From NCBI RefSeq assembly GCF_009914755.1, contig NC_060930.1: DNA of 64,000 bases. One strand, 5' to 3'. The translations under genes and the position numbers were made by a program. Under the pieces are notes generated by a model that made no database searches, was not told where the DNA came from, and saw only the letters and a program-made list of their open reading frames with translations. Shown here one piece after another: positions 21,354 to 43,030 of the stretch. The stretch is from the human T2T-CHM13v2.0 reference genome, Homo sapiens. Each line of letters begins with the position of its first letter. The stretch's first letter is position 1.

Positions 21354-24300
21354 GTAGGTGCGGGCCGGCTGGCGGGAGCGGACGCGGGGGACCTCCGGGG
21401 CCTGAGGGCTGATGCGCAGCCGCCCCCGGCGGGTAAGGGGCGGGCAGGGCCCGAAAGGCCACACGGGCCTGGTGCGGCACCGGTCTCTCGTGAGCCGCTC
21501 TACCTTCCCGCCTGCGGGGAACACTTCCGCCGCTTCGAGGCCATTTTATCTCCGTCCTCCGTCCCCAAGGCCCGGGTTGAGAGGGGTGCTCTGGCGGCCG
21601 GAGAGACCGGCCACTCACGGAGGCCGGAGGATGCCCTCCCCGGGCTGAGCGGCGGCGCTCGTTTTTTCCTCGCCTCGGGGTCGCCCCCTTCACCTCCCTT
21701 GGGCCTCTCCTGAGGACCTGGCGGCACTAACGAGTTCAGCAAGGAAAAAAAGAAACATTCGTTCCCTACATTTCATGTCACGCAGTAGGATGTTACTACG
21801 TTCTCTTGTAGACTTCCATTTTTAAATGAGTATAAGCATTCTGAGGAAAGAAACTGAATTATTGCAGATTTTTGTGAAATCCAAGTCTTACCTTGGATCC
21901 CTGTGAGACAGTTACTAGATTTTTTTTTCACCGTTTTTCATAAGTCTGTGTACACGTAATGGAAAAGCCCGAGTTCTTGTTTTGATAAGAAAGTCACTTG
22001 GTTGTTTGATCCCAAAGGATTAGCTTAACATTATCAAGGACTAGCATAACTGTGATTATGTAAAAAAAACAAAACAAAACAAAAAAACTATTATTTAGTC
22101 TGGTAGGGAAATACTTCTATGAGTATGTTACAATTGGAAGTTGTATTTGTGCCTATTTTATCTAGTTTTAGTTAATTCCATTGCTTCGGAAGATAAGTGG
22201 ACGTCATAGATCCATCGCAAGTTCTCGTTTTTTGGATTTTAAAATTTTGACCATTAAGTTTTCTACGATAGATAAACATGTTGTGGACATTTAAAACCGT
22301 AATTTAAAACTATGAGCGAAAAATCTTTTCAAGATGGATACATTTTAATTCATTCAAGTAGCATCTGATTAGCCAAGTCGGGGAAAGATTGCAGTCCGCA
22401 AAGCTGGCTTGTGATAAGGTTGAGGTTACATTTTAAGGGTTTGGGTAGGTGTGTTTCTTACAGTGCTTTTATATGTTAAGGTATCTTAAGCAGACACATG
22501 GTTTAAAAGTTCAGTATTTTTAGTACTTTTTCATTGGCAGAATTTGGACAAGCTACCAGAATTGCTAACTCCTAAAGGATAAAAGTAATAATAATAGTGT
22601 GTCCCAGGCACTGCTTATTTTTACATGGCTCTTTTATGTCTAGCTTTTCCAATTCAACGTTGAGTCATGTTTGCTGAAAATATTTTTGTGTATTGTTTGT
22701 CAGAAATAAGCTGGTAGAGATGAAACACAATGTGTAAAAAGCCCTGTGATGTGGAGATGAGCATTGTCACAATTTGTACAGTACATTAAAGCGTTCAAGG
22801 TCTCTTATGGTCTTGTATGTAGTATTGAATCCCCTTGAATATATTGTTTAGCAGTTTTGATCATTATGTATTTGCTTCTTGCTCCTCAAAATTGTACGTT
22901 AGTTAGTAGGTCCTTCAGCAAAAGAAGACTGAAGATAGTATTTTGGTTTTATTCTTGTTTTTAATTTTTTTAGTTGTCTCCAACTTTTCTGCCTCTAAAT
23001 ATTTTGCTTCTTGTAGTTACTAAGCTTAACACAGAAAAACTTTTCAGTATCTCCACAATAGTAAACTTCATTGTGTATTGTGTATAACAAGATGTTCCAT
23101 CTGACTAAAATATATTGCTGTAAATATTTTCTGCCTTTGAAGATGTAGTTAATAGAATTTAATCTTTTCTAAGTGCACATTGAAGTTGCCTTTTATGTTC
23201 ATATTATGTTCATATTTTATTTGAAAAATCTATAGCATTTTTATTGTGCTGAAAGCATTAATATTTGCAGCACTTTGTGAGACAGGCAAAATTATCTTTT
23301 TGCTGACTTGGAAACTGCAAGAGTTAAAAGACTTGCTTGGAATCACACATGGCAGATAGAGGATAAGGAAAAGATGGCCTTTCAGTTCCTCATCAGTACC
23401 TTGCTACTACAGTGTCTGCAGATTGGTGTCTTACATTCAGCTATGATTTGTTCGCCAAGGTACCGTGTCTTCTTACTGAAGTTGTTTTGGCTGGCGCTTG
23501 CCTCCGTTCAGAGGGAACTGAGTTACCTAACTTTATGATGCTAAGAGCCAGGAAGGTACTGGGATCTGGGATGCTAGGCACCTAACCAGTCTAGACTGAA
23601 CTCCATACTAAGCTGTTTTTCTGTGTTAAGGCATCAAGAGTAGATGGTGGTCCTGATTTTCTGAGATATATTATCTCTGAATTATCTACATAAATAACTG
23701 AAACTTTTATGTAATTTTAAAACTAGTCAATCATGTTACCACCCTTTTGAGGGGCACCAAATTTGAGACCCTTACCCCCAATTTATTAATTAATAGCTGT
23801 TTTAATCACCTAATAGCTGATCACCTAATGACTAACAGTCATTTTCATCCTGGAAAATGGGAACTAACTTTGACTTTGAAAAGTGCTGTTATTAAATGTG
23901 TGATTCATAAGAACTGAACATATTTTCTTTATTATTTTCCTTCAGGATTCAACTTTAATTGACTCCAAATGATGTTATGGTCATTCTGTTTTTCTGATAC
24001 GAGAATAGATTGTTCTGAGAACCTAGAATATTCATTGCCTTTATGAATCTAGAATTGACTTTAAATTTAGGTTATTGTGTTTGTCATTTGCGCTAAAAAA
24101 AAAATTGCCCTGGGGAATACCAAACTTCTCGGTACATTCGTGTGGTGTGAAAGTCAAAATTGCCAATTAGGTTCTATTTTGACCAAATAGTTGAATGTTG
24201 TAGACAGTTGTAAATTTTGAACCTGTTCTAATTTGCCTTTTGCCAGATGGCGCATTTAACTTTGTGGCATATCATCGACTTTCAAGGAAAGATTTACTTT

Positions 24301-24529
24301 TCATCAGATTAAAGTTGAGGAAGGATTTTCTTTCTAAATACTGAGGCTCTGAATTTCCCAAGTTGGATACCCCAGACAGCTAGAGTGATCTTAAAAGTGA
24401 CTCTGAGAGTTGACTTAGGAAGTGTAGACATTTATCCAAAATCTGTATTTACTCCTGACTTACATTACAAATACAGAGTTTTATTTTTAAAGAAAATTTC
24501 AATAAAAAGCACCATTTAATTAAAATCTA

Positions 24530-29418
<4,889 letters not shown>

Positions 29419-29896
29419 CTATTGGGCAGTAGTAAATTATGGCTGTGGTAGGTACTACCTTACTTTAACAACATAATGCTATAAAAGGAAAGACTTAAAC
29501 TGGTATTACCCTTTTATAGTCCCTTAGCAACATGCGTAGGATACTACTTGAGGTCATTATATTTCTCTTCACCCTTTATGGCGACATCAAATGATTTGAA
29601 TGGCTGATCAGCTTTTTTACGAGGGAATTTGTAAAAACTACCCAATAACTCTAATGATGGAAGATGTTAACAAAGGAAGATCTGGGTACAGAGTATATAG
29701 GAACTCTGTAATATCTTTGCCACTTTTTTGTAAATCTAAAACTATTTTAAAATTGTTTATTTAAATTCTAATTATTCAACAGTAATTTAGTTCACTAATA
29801 AATTGATTTGAAAGAGTCAGTATTTTTTATTCCTACTTTCACTGGAAGAAAATAAATTGAACTTGTTTTCCGCAACTTTTTTTTTTAGGATTCAAG

Positions 29897-29926
29897 ATGA
29901 CCAACGAAGAACCTCTTCCCAAGAAG
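29897..29926 (+). CDS. WTAP: WTAP exon 2 coding part (exon 29889-29926), MTNEEPLPKK
   Basis: ttttttag|GATTCAAGATG...AAGAAG|gtatgg. Confidence 0.96.
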
Positions 29927-30168
29927 GTATGGGTTTTGGTTTTGGGTTTTTTTGTTTTGTTTTGGGTTTTTTGGGGGCTTTTTTAAGCACTTTAAAAAAA
30001 AATAGACTTGAAGGGATTATCGTTGTTTGCTTATTTTTCATTTCTTTGCCTTTATAACAATAATAGCATTGGAGTTGTACAGTGTGCCAGATATTGTATC
30101 TTATATCCAGTATATTTTTTAGAATATTTTCAGATTTTGGAAAACTTTAGTTATAATAATATTCCCAT

Positions 30169-30240
30169 GGTCTACTCTTAATGTTCATTATGTGAATATT
30201 TCCAGGTCTACTCTTAATGTTCATTATGTAAATATTTCCA
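30169..30240. repeat. 36-bp tandem duplication (2 copies, 1 mismatch)
   Basis: GGTCTACTCTTAATGTTCATTATGT(G/A)AATATTTCCA x2. Confidence 0.9.
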
Positions 30241-30696
30241 GGTACATATATACAAATAATGTCAAAAATGGACATTATGAGTATATTATTATTCTTTTCC
30301 TAGTGTAAATCCCTTTGATTGTAATTAAAAACTACTTTATTAAAAAAATGGTTATAGCTAATTTTCAAATTCTACCTTTTTCTCTGAAGTTTTGTTGTCT
30401 AGTCTCAAATCTCCCCCTGTTGTGCATTCCTACCTTGAGTTTAATTACTCTTACATACACACACATACACACACACAGTGGCTGTTATAAAAGAGGTAAC
30501 ATTGTCTCTAGGAGGAATTTGTGATTCAATTGGGAAAGCTTACTAAACTTAATATTTAAGTGAATAATTTAGATATTACAGAAGTTTCCTATTGTGGAGT
30601 CAGATTACTCATTAAATGAATAAAGGATTGTATTATGCTTTCATAATCTGAGAATTACTGTGTGCTCCCTCTGGTACCCTTTGATTTTCCTCCCTT

Positions 30697-31418
30697 GGAA
30701 CAGGGTCTTGCTCTCTTGCCCAGGTTGGAGTGCAGTGGTGCAATCTTGGCTTACTGCAGTCTCCGCCTCCTGGGCTCAAGCGATCATCCCACCTCGGCCT
30801 CCTGAGTATCTGGGGGCTACAAGTACATGCCACCACGCCCAGCTAATTTTTGTATTTCTTGTAGAGATGGGGTTTTACCATGTTGCCCAGGCTGGTCTCG
30901 AACTCCCGGGCTCAAGAGATAGCCACCTGCCTCTGCCTTCCAAAGTGCTGGGATAATAGGCATGAGCTGCCTCTGGCAGCCTTTCAATATGTTACATTAT
31001 AATAGTTCCCTCGTTCCATTTTATGGTAATACTATTTTACTGGTTAGTATTATAATTTGAAACATTTTTAAGGAAAAAAATTTAAGTGTCTTGTAAGGGA
31101 ATACTAATAAAGCCTTTATTTTATTTTTATTTTTTATTTTCTGAGACAGAGTCTCACTCTGTTGCCCATGCTGGAGTGCAGTGGTACAATCTTGGCTCAT
31201 TGTGGCCTCATACCCCAGCTTATGCGATCCTCCCACCTCTGCCCCCCAAAGTAGCTCAGACTACAGGTGTGCCACTACGCCTGGCTAATTTTTGTATTTT
31301 TTGGTAGAGATGGGGTTTTGCCATGTTACCCAGGCTGATCTTGAACTCCCGAGTTCAAGATATACTCCCGCCTCAGTCTCCCAAAGTGCAGGAGGCATGA
31401 GCCACAATGCCCAGCCAA
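30697..31418 (-). mobile_element. Two antisense AluJ elements
   Basis: Alu consensus. Confidence 0.85.
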
Positions 31419-31529
31419 AGCCTTAATTTTATACTGAGGTAGGAGAGGTATCTCACCTTTACAGCCTTTATTTGGTGTAGTGAATATACTGTTTCTCAAT
31501 TTTTGAAGCATGTTAGCTTATGCCCTTCT

Positions 31530-32430
31530 TTCAGCTTTTTGTTTTGAAATAATTATAGATTCATAGGAAGTTGCAAATAAATGTACAGAGAGGTTCTGTG
31601 CAACTTTCACTGAGCCTGCTTCATTGTTAACATCTTGCGTGACTAGCAGACATCTCTAATAACTGTGAAAATCAGGGAATTGACATTGGTACAATCCACA
31701 GAGCTTATTCACATTTCACGTTATACTAGCACTGTTATTGGGGGAAGTGGGGAAGAGCTATATGCACTATTATCATGTCTAGCTTTGTGTAACCATCATT
31801 AATCAAGATACATATCTGAACTATCACCATAAAGCTTCATCGAGTTATTCTTTTATAGCCACATCTACCCCGTCCCTCTCCATGCCTGACCCCTGGCAAC
31901 CACTAATTTATCTCCATTTGTATAATTGTTACTTCAGAGTGTTATATAAATGTAATCATGTAGTATGCATCTTTTTGAGACTATTTTTTTTCCTTCCACT
32001 TAGCACAGTTTCCTTAAGGCTTATACAAATTGTTTCATGTATCAGTAGTCCTGTTTCTTTTTATTGCTTAAAGTGTTCCATGGTGTGGCTGTATGATAGT
32101 TCAATCATTTGCCTGTTAAAGGACATTTGGATAGTTTTCAGTTTTTTAGCTTTTACAAGTAAAGCTGCTTGCATGTTTTCATTTCTTTGAGATACATGTT
32201 TAAGAGTGCAACTGCTGAGTTATATGGCACATTCATTTTTAGTTGTATTAATAAAAGGAACTGCCTTACTTCTTCAGATACCATTTTTATATTCTCACCT
32301 GCAGTGTAGGAAACTTCAGTTTCTCTGAATCCTCACCAGCGTTTGGTGTTGCCACTAATTTTTATTTTAGCCATTCTAATCAGTGTGTGGTGATACCTGG
32401 GGTTTTAATGTGCATTTTCCTAATGATGAT
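31530..32430 (-). mobile_element. Old L1MC-like 3' fragment
   Basis: aattatagattcataggaagttgc, cccctggcaaccactaat, ttttagccattctaat motifs. Confidence 0.7.
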
Positions 32431-32620
32431 GCCCATTGTTAAGATACCAAATAGTTTACCTTAAAAAAAAAAAACTTTTGTAATAAAATACTTTTTCAAA
32501 AAATCATAATATGTACTGAGCCGTTTAAATCTCACACTTGGGAGATGTTTCATAGGTCTCATTATAGAACTTTGTGTCTTCAGGAAGAACACTAAATTCA
32601 TATTGTAATTCTCTTTATAG

Positions 32621-32676
32621 GTTCGATTGAGTGAAACAGACTTCAAAGTTATGGCAAGAGATGAGTTAATTCTAAG
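32621..32676 (+). CDS. WTAP: WTAP exon 3 (VRLSETDFKVMARDELILR)
   Basis: tatag|GTT...CTAAG|gtaaaa; frame continues. Confidence 0.96.
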
Positions 32677-33659
32677 GTAAAATGTTCTCTGTTCAAAAAC
32701 AAAGTCTTTCTATAGAACATTATATTGTGACTCTACACTGTAATTGTCTTTGTGCCAGATATTGTTTTTAATGTTGTTCTATCCTCAAATAATTTAATGT
32801 ACTTTTTGAGCATACTATGACCTATTTCTTATATTAACACCGAGGAAAACGTAACACTTTAAAGAACTACTAGGAAGCTATAAGTTTAACAAATATATGG
32901 CTTGTTTTGTGTAGTTTTTCCTTTCGTGTTTAACATTTGAAAAAGAAATGTAATCCTAAAAGATGCACTTATATTTATGGAAGAAATACATAATTTACTA
33001 ATGAAGTGAGGTTACTTTTTCTTATTAGTGTGACCTTCACCAGCTCATATAACTTCATACTCTTCATTTTCTCATCTGTAAGTTGAAGAGGTTGGGTTAA
33101 GTTATTGTTAAAGGTGACTTCCAGTTCTGAATTTCTGCGGTTATCTTGTAAATGTCTTACAAAAGCAGATTGTCAAGTACAACGTATAATCTTTTTAGAT
33201 TGTGTAAGAAATCAGGAAGTAGGATGTTCTGTGTTTTGTAATTTAAATATATTCTTTCTGTATTTTATTGCTATGGTTAGTAAGTTTCTTGATAACTTAG
33301 ATAAAAATAAAATAAGTATTTTAACAGGCTGAAAGCGGAGGAGAGAAAAGATGTTTTGTGAGATAGGCTAACACAGATTTTGTTGTTTCCTAGAGTGTGA
33401 CAATTTCCTACTTTCACCTTTGGACAGCTACTGTATTATGAACACACTTTTTACCTTTTTTTTTTTTTTTTTTTTGCCATAATCTCATACATAGGACAGT
33501 TTCCATTGCATACCTTTGTCTTTCTGCACATAAAATTTAAATTTTTGTTATTCTAAAACACTTCTGTCTTATGCTGAAGTATATACTTAAGATACACTAC
33601 TACTCAATGCTGGGTTTTTTTTTGTTTGTTTTAATGTGCATATAAATTATAATAGAGGT

Positions 33660-36965
<3,306 letters not shown>

Positions 36966-37282
36966 GCATTTTTATATTAAATAGGTTAAAACATACTAAT
37001 CAGGATTTTGTGAATACTGTATAACACAGATGTTTTCTGTCTTCTGTTGGGAGTAGATGAAACTATAAAAACATAATTTAGTTAGTAGTCATGGAGCACT
37101 ATGACACCATTGTCTCCTAAAGGAGCTCTCGTGACCAGGAAGAAATTCGCCTGTTATAAAAGTAGTTAGGATGGAAACTAAAGACTTGATTAATTTTTTG
37201 ACCCTAGTTCTTATTGTTCTTGACAGAGGTATTTAGAACTTGATCTTAAAATTGTATTTATAATTTTTTTTTGAATCATCAG

Positions 37283-37410
37283 CTAATGATGTAACTGGCC
37301 TAAGAGAGTCTGAAGAAAAACTAAAGCAACAACAGCAGGAGTCTGCACGCAGGGAAAACATCCTTGTAATGCGACTAGCAACCAAGGAACAAGAGATGCA
37401 AGAGTGTACT
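37283..37410 (+). CDS. WTAP: WTAP exon 5 (NDVTGLRESEEKLKQQQQESARRENILVMRLATKEQEMQECT)
   Basis: atcag|CTAAT...TGTACT|gtaagt. Confidence 0.96.
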
Positions 37411-40400
37411 GTAAGTATTTCAAGTTATATAAATGTCTTTAGTTGAGGAATTGGTTTTTAGTCCACATTATTACATGTTAATTTTAAACATTTAATGCTA
37501 AATATAAGAGCTTATCTTTTATAGGTACGTATGCTTTGAGCTTTAAGAATACTAGATGAAAAATTTTGATAATGTCTCATTTAGACTGTTTTTTGTGGCC
37601 AAGAAGGCAAAGTTTTAAGTTTTTTTTGAAATTTTCATGCCTTATAAGTATTAGTTCATCAATTCCAGACATTTTTCAGATATCTTGGTGTCTGAGGATG
37701 TAATCAATAAAAGAACATTTGCTCTTTATTGCTTTACTTTCACTGATTAGGAAAGCCATCTGAGGACTTTATCTCTGTTCTCTTGTCCCCTCTGTGTATA
37801 GAACTGTTTTTCCTAGTGTCAGCAACCTCTTTAGTGTCTCCTTTTTAATTGTTAGAACTTTGATGTGTACTGTGTAGTATTTACTATGTCTACGTAGATC
37901 TGAAATCTAGTGACATAATTGATCATCCAGCTCTGGTAGTTTAGGCTCAATCTTACGGTGTAATTATACAAAATAATTAGAGGCAGCTGTATCCTTGTTT
38001 CTGATTTTAAAATCTGAATGTTTCTTCAATTCTTTGTGTACTCTCCCTTCATTTGGTACATATAGAAGTCTTCTTATGTGTTATTAAAGTCTTCTAAGAT
38101 AGTATTCTGGTCATTGGAGACACCAAAAATCTATGGGCACAGTCCTGTTCCTGTTTCTTTTGCCAATAGAATGTTCCTTAAGGTTCAGTCACAGTCCTTT
38201 TACTTCCCTTACAGAGATTGTTTAAATTTCCACAAAAGCACGTATTTACTCTTCTTTCACTTGTTACTAAATGACTTCTTCACATTTTACTTTGCTAAAG
38301 GCTGGCTTTTATCATTTTCTTTACTTTTTTTTCCCACTAACCCCCCCGCCCTTTTCTTGAGACAGGGCCTCTCTCTCATCCAGGCTGGAGTGCAGTGGTG
38401 TAATCACACCTCACTTCAGCTTCCCGAGTAACTGATTTCAGGTGTGCGCCACCAAGCGCAGCTAATTTCTTAATTTTTCTAGAGATGAGGTCTTCCCTAT
38501 GTTGCCCAGGCTGGTCTTGAACTGCTGTACTTTGGCAATCCTTACTCCTTGGCCTCCCAAAACTGTTGGGATTATAGGTGTGAGCCATCGCACCTGGCCC
38601 ATTATCATTTTCTCTACCTTCTTAACACATTTTGTCCTTTTGTTTCTATCAGTTTTGTTGTAATTCTTACCACCACTGATACTTCTTTCTCCATAGTTAC
38701 TAATGAATGTTTTAACAAATTTCCCTTTACACGAGAAATGGATCTTACCTTTAGACTGCTAGCACTTGGGAGATAGAGTGTGAATAGAAGGTGTTGATGG
38801 TAATATCTCATAGGATCAGAATGTCTTGAATTCCATTTCTCTTCCGGATTCCTACTCTTGACATCATAGTTGATGTGTGCACATCACAATGTTTGTGCTA
38901 TTCATGCACATCTGATTCTCCATCTGTCCTATATGCGCTGGCAGTTTTGATCATATTACGCCTGGTCAAGGCCTTCGGTGATACCTCATCACTCTTGTCT
39001 CCTCGACCTGGATTTTAAGGTTATTTCAACTATAATGGAACCTAACCTTTTCCAGCTTTTTTTTTTTTTTAAAACAGCTGTCACCTGCATACGCCAGCTG
39101 AACAACTTCCTGTTCTTCCAATTATAATACAAGTGAGGTTTTGCAGACAGGGCAGGGCAGCAGGAGCAAAATCACAAGGAAAGGTCAAGATTATATATGG
39201 CAGATGAGGATAAAGTTTCAGGTGAGAGTGAAAAAAGATGAGGTCAGCCTGGAATCTTGGGTATTCTAGAAGAGAGGGGACTACTGAAGAATTCTTCAGC
39301 AAGAGATGTATGTGATGGATCAGATTTAGATTTACATTTTAGGTAGATCACTCTGACTTGAGTATGAAAGATAGATTTGAGAGGAACAGGACTTTAAGCA
39401 GGAAAACCAATTGTGAGGCTGTTAAAATAGTTCAGATGAAATACATGAAGCCACTGGTGGTAGCAGACAGGACAGAATAGGTGTTTTGGAGGCACAATCA
39501 ATAGGACTTGTTTAGTTTGGATGCTGTTGTGGAAGGAATGAAAAAAATCTAGGGAGGAATCACAGCTTCAGGTTTGTCTTGTTTGACTGAGTAACGATGC
39601 TACTAGGATAGATCCTACAAAGATCAAATTTTAAAAGAAGAGTAGAGTGTGGTGTTAGGAAAACAGGAAATCCAGCATTCCCTCCTCCTTCCCCAAAATA
39701 CAAAGTGATTAAAACAAAGGCATACATAAAGTTCTGTACAATACGAATTTAAAATTGTTCGTTAGATTTGGCAGTTAAGAGGTTGTTGGCCAAGGAAGCC
39801 AAAAGATTGGATACCCCTGCTCTAGAGGAACTGTCAAGTGGGAAGTGAGAGAAACTAAATTTAAAGAGTAGAAAGAATGGGAGTGATGTACTATAGGAGT
39901 TTGGAGGGAATAGGTTAAGCGAATGGTTGAAAGGATTGGCCCTGAGAAGGAGGGTTTCTTACCCTCTTGAGTGAAAAATAGTGGAAAGGTTTGTATTAGG
40001 TACCTGTCCTTTAAAACAGAGCTGCTGCATTTACCCTTGGTGTTTCAAATTAAGCTAAGCTTAGAAAAAATAAAATATACATCCTTAGGAATCTATTTGT
40101 GTAGATCTTTTGTTTGTCCAGCATACTAACTCATCCATTTGATCTTTTAATAATAATGCTTTATTTCTTTGTCTACATGCAGTCTTTGCCAAGTACATCA
40201 GTAGTCAATTTAGTTAGTTTTGAGCGTAAGGCATAAATTAGCCACGTAGTTACTATATTCTTAACTATATACTGTATTCTTAACTATATTTTATTTTGTT
40301 GGTAAGTAAAATCTGTCATTTTTGTTCACCTCAGTGGTATTTCTGTTTTTCATTTAGTCTTTTGCCAATCAACTCAAAATAGATTTAGGAATAAAACTAA

Positions 40401-41813
40401 CTTTGAAAACACTTTACTCAGTGTTCTCTTCCCTAGAACATGGAATTTATTCTAGTTTGATTCACCTCTCTTTTCATGAATGAAAGTGTTGACTATTGGG
40501 TCTTTGTAAAGCTAAATAGTAACTGAGTCTCAGTCAGTGCTGTAGACTGTTTTAATCAGTCCTGTCAGTACATGGAGTGCACTGTAAGTCATGGTTTATT
40601 CTCGCTCTGTTATCTTAGCAGCTGGCTTCACATTGACTATGCAGTTGTACTAGATTTTTGCTCAGTGAAACAAATATATTCCCAAACCACTTAGTATATT
40701 TGTTCCTTTTACTAAATTTATATTAGAAAATTTTAACTGTAATCCTATTTAAGCCTTAGTATGGAGTTAGATCTTGGGCCAGATCTACTTTGAGTATGAA
40801 GAAAATGATGAATTTAATGCTAATAACTATATTTCATATTTTAGAAATGTATTTTTAGTGTGCTAGTAAATAGCACAACTGAAGTCGAAATTGAAGGTTT
40901 CATATGTAAGTAGAAGGGTTCTGGTATGGTGGAAAAAGCTCTAGACTGGGAATCAGAAGGCCGGAGAACTAGAATTGTAGTCCCGCTATGGCACTGAACT
41001 AAACAGTTGGGTTATTTAATCTCAAAATAAGCAGTTTGGATTAGGTGAGTTACTTTCCAGCTTTACAATTCTATGATTCGGATCTATTCAGAAGGGGAAA
41101 AATATGAATTATACTTTATTTTGGCTTAAGGTCCTATAGAGTTTTGCTTTTATAAAGCTGTAACAGCAACTCTTGTAGCTATAAGTACTGTATATTTTTT
41201 CCTTTAGAAATTCAAATGTGTATTTTAAGTTATAATCTTGCACCTGATGTATTTTTAGGGGACTTTACATAGAATAATTTCCACAGGTAAAAAATTAAGC
41301 AAACCAAAGACTTCATTAACTCTTAGGTAATTAATATTTTAAACTTTGCTTTTTTCCACTGGGTTGTCAGCATTTTTAGTAAATATAATGTTGATTTTCG
41401 TTTGTTTTTTGGTAATGTTTGGATTGTAAAGTAAAATGTATGTAGCCACTTTAAGTCCCAGATTTGGAGATGTAATCAAATGGCCTCAATTCCTAAGTGA
41501 GTAACCTTAAATAAATAGTTATTTTTTTAATTGACAAATAAGTTTTTTACATATTCAAGGACTACTACATAGTGATGTTTCAATACATATAATGTATAGT
41601 GATCAGATCGGGGTAATTAGCATATTCATCAAATAGTTTTTAGTCTGTACTTTTTCTAGAAAGTTTTAAGATTTTTCTAGAGAATTTCAGGATCAAAGAG
41701 GGGAGGAGCTTAATGAAAGAGTTGGTAAATCAAGTGAATGGAGGGAGTTTTCCCCACCTTCTTATGTATGTTTCCTTTGATTTGGTCGTAATTGTTTCTT
41801 TTGCTTTGCACAG

Positions 41814-41992
41814 ACTCAAATCCAGTACCTCAAGCAAGTCCAGCAGCCGAGCGTTGCCCAACTGAGATCAACAATGGTAGACCCAGCGATCAACTTGTTT
41901 TTCCTAAAAATGAAAGGTGAACTGGAACAGACTAAAGACAAACTGGAACAAGCCCAAAATGAACTGAGTGCCTGGAAGTTTACGCCTGATAG
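41814..41992 (+). CDS. WTAP: WTAP exon 6 (TQIQYLKQVQQPSVAQLRSTMVDPAINLFFLKMKGELEQTKDKLEQAQNELSAWKFTPD)
   Basis: cacag|ACT...GATAG|gtaaac; read-through gives AGG TAA, i.e. a 151-aa short isoform. Confidence 0.96.
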
Positions 41993-42212
41993 GTAAACAA
42001 ATCATACTCCCCAGTCAAGACTTCCCTGACAGTCCCACTACGAGAAAGCTGTGGTGGGACAGCCAAGTACTCGTTTCCACACCAAGACTCAGACTTTTTG
42101 AGCCAAAAAAAAGCCACATTCTTACACTGTCCAGCTTGTAATGGTTAATGTAAAACTTACCAGATGAACCTTGTGTTTCAGCTTTTTTCTTTTCCCCTTC
42201 CCCTTGCTTCAG

Positions 42213-42273
42213 AGGCCTGATGGCGTCGGACTATTCCGAAGAAGTGGCCACCTCCGAAAAATTCCCCTTCTAG
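42213..42273 (+). CDS. WTAP: WTAP alternative terminal coding segment in intron 6 (RGLMASDYSEEVATSEKFPF*, 170-aa isoform)
   Basis: Long pyrimidine tract + CAG acceptor at 42210-42212, in frame with exon 6. Confidence 0.75.
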
Positions 42274-43019
42274 AACATGTAGACACTTGAGAAATGTTTC
42301 TGTTTGAAGAAAATAGAGGGAGAAACAGAAGTCTTAAGTCTGTGGCACACTGTGTCTTCAGACAGTTTGAAGGAATGAAAACCTAGAGATTTTAAATCAT
42401 GAATTGAACATGTAAAATTCCAGTAAAATGTAAAAACGGAATATGCATCGCTCTTAACCTTGAGCATAGTGACTTAGAGACACTGTGTATCAGTTTTGCC
42501 AATAAGACTGTGGACTTCATGATTGTTGTTGAACTTCTGGGTCAAAACTCAAATGAGGTGAATTTTGCCTTTAAAGGGTTTATTTGCTGAGAACCAACTT
42601 TCAATAGTCATGAGAGAATCAAATAATAGATGTCCGTACAAGTAGCGCATATATTTAACCATTTAGTTTGGGGCTCTATATTACTTGCTTGAGCCTTAAT
42701 CAATGTGGTTTTATTCAATGGTTTGTTCTTTGAATGGTTGCAAAAACTGTAGATAATCTTACTGAGGACTGTACAAACATGAAGGTGTGGTATCAAACTT
42801 CAGGTTGAAACTGTTTGAAGCATTATAAACATTCATTTCACAACTAGATTGTATAAGGATATTAGCTGTGATGAGACTCACTGCATTATTTTTTTTAGTG
42901 AATTTTATGAAATCCCCGTTCCATTCAACAGGCACATGTTTAAAAGAGCTTTGTCGTTGGTGTTAATGGGGGAATGTGTTCCTTCATTGTATTTGGGCCT
43001 TTTGTATTGCACTCTTGAT

Positions 43020-43030
43020 ATTAAATTAAA
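43020..43030 (+). terminator. WTAP: Intronic poly(A) signal (tandem ATTAAA) for WTAP short isoforms
   Basis: ATTAAATTAAA followed ~15-20 nt later by a GU/U-rich tract. Confidence 0.65.

Larger units (their letters stand above)
20290..21740. promoter_or_regulatory. WTAP: WTAP CpG-island promoter with GC boxes, CCAAT (20602), YY1-type CGCCATTTT (21165-21173)
   Basis: Very high GC/CpG density upstream of the WTAP coding exons; GGGCGG boxes. Confidence 0.92.

Noticed and set aside
20274-21742. Long overlapping Pro/Arg/Gly-rich ORFs (up to 248 aa)
   Set aside because: Expected stop-codon scarcity in a CpG island; no recognisable domains
40251-40290. 19-bp near-duplication TACT(A/G)TATTCTTAACTATA
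   Set aside because: Ordinary slippage duplication in AT-rich intron; no sign of function
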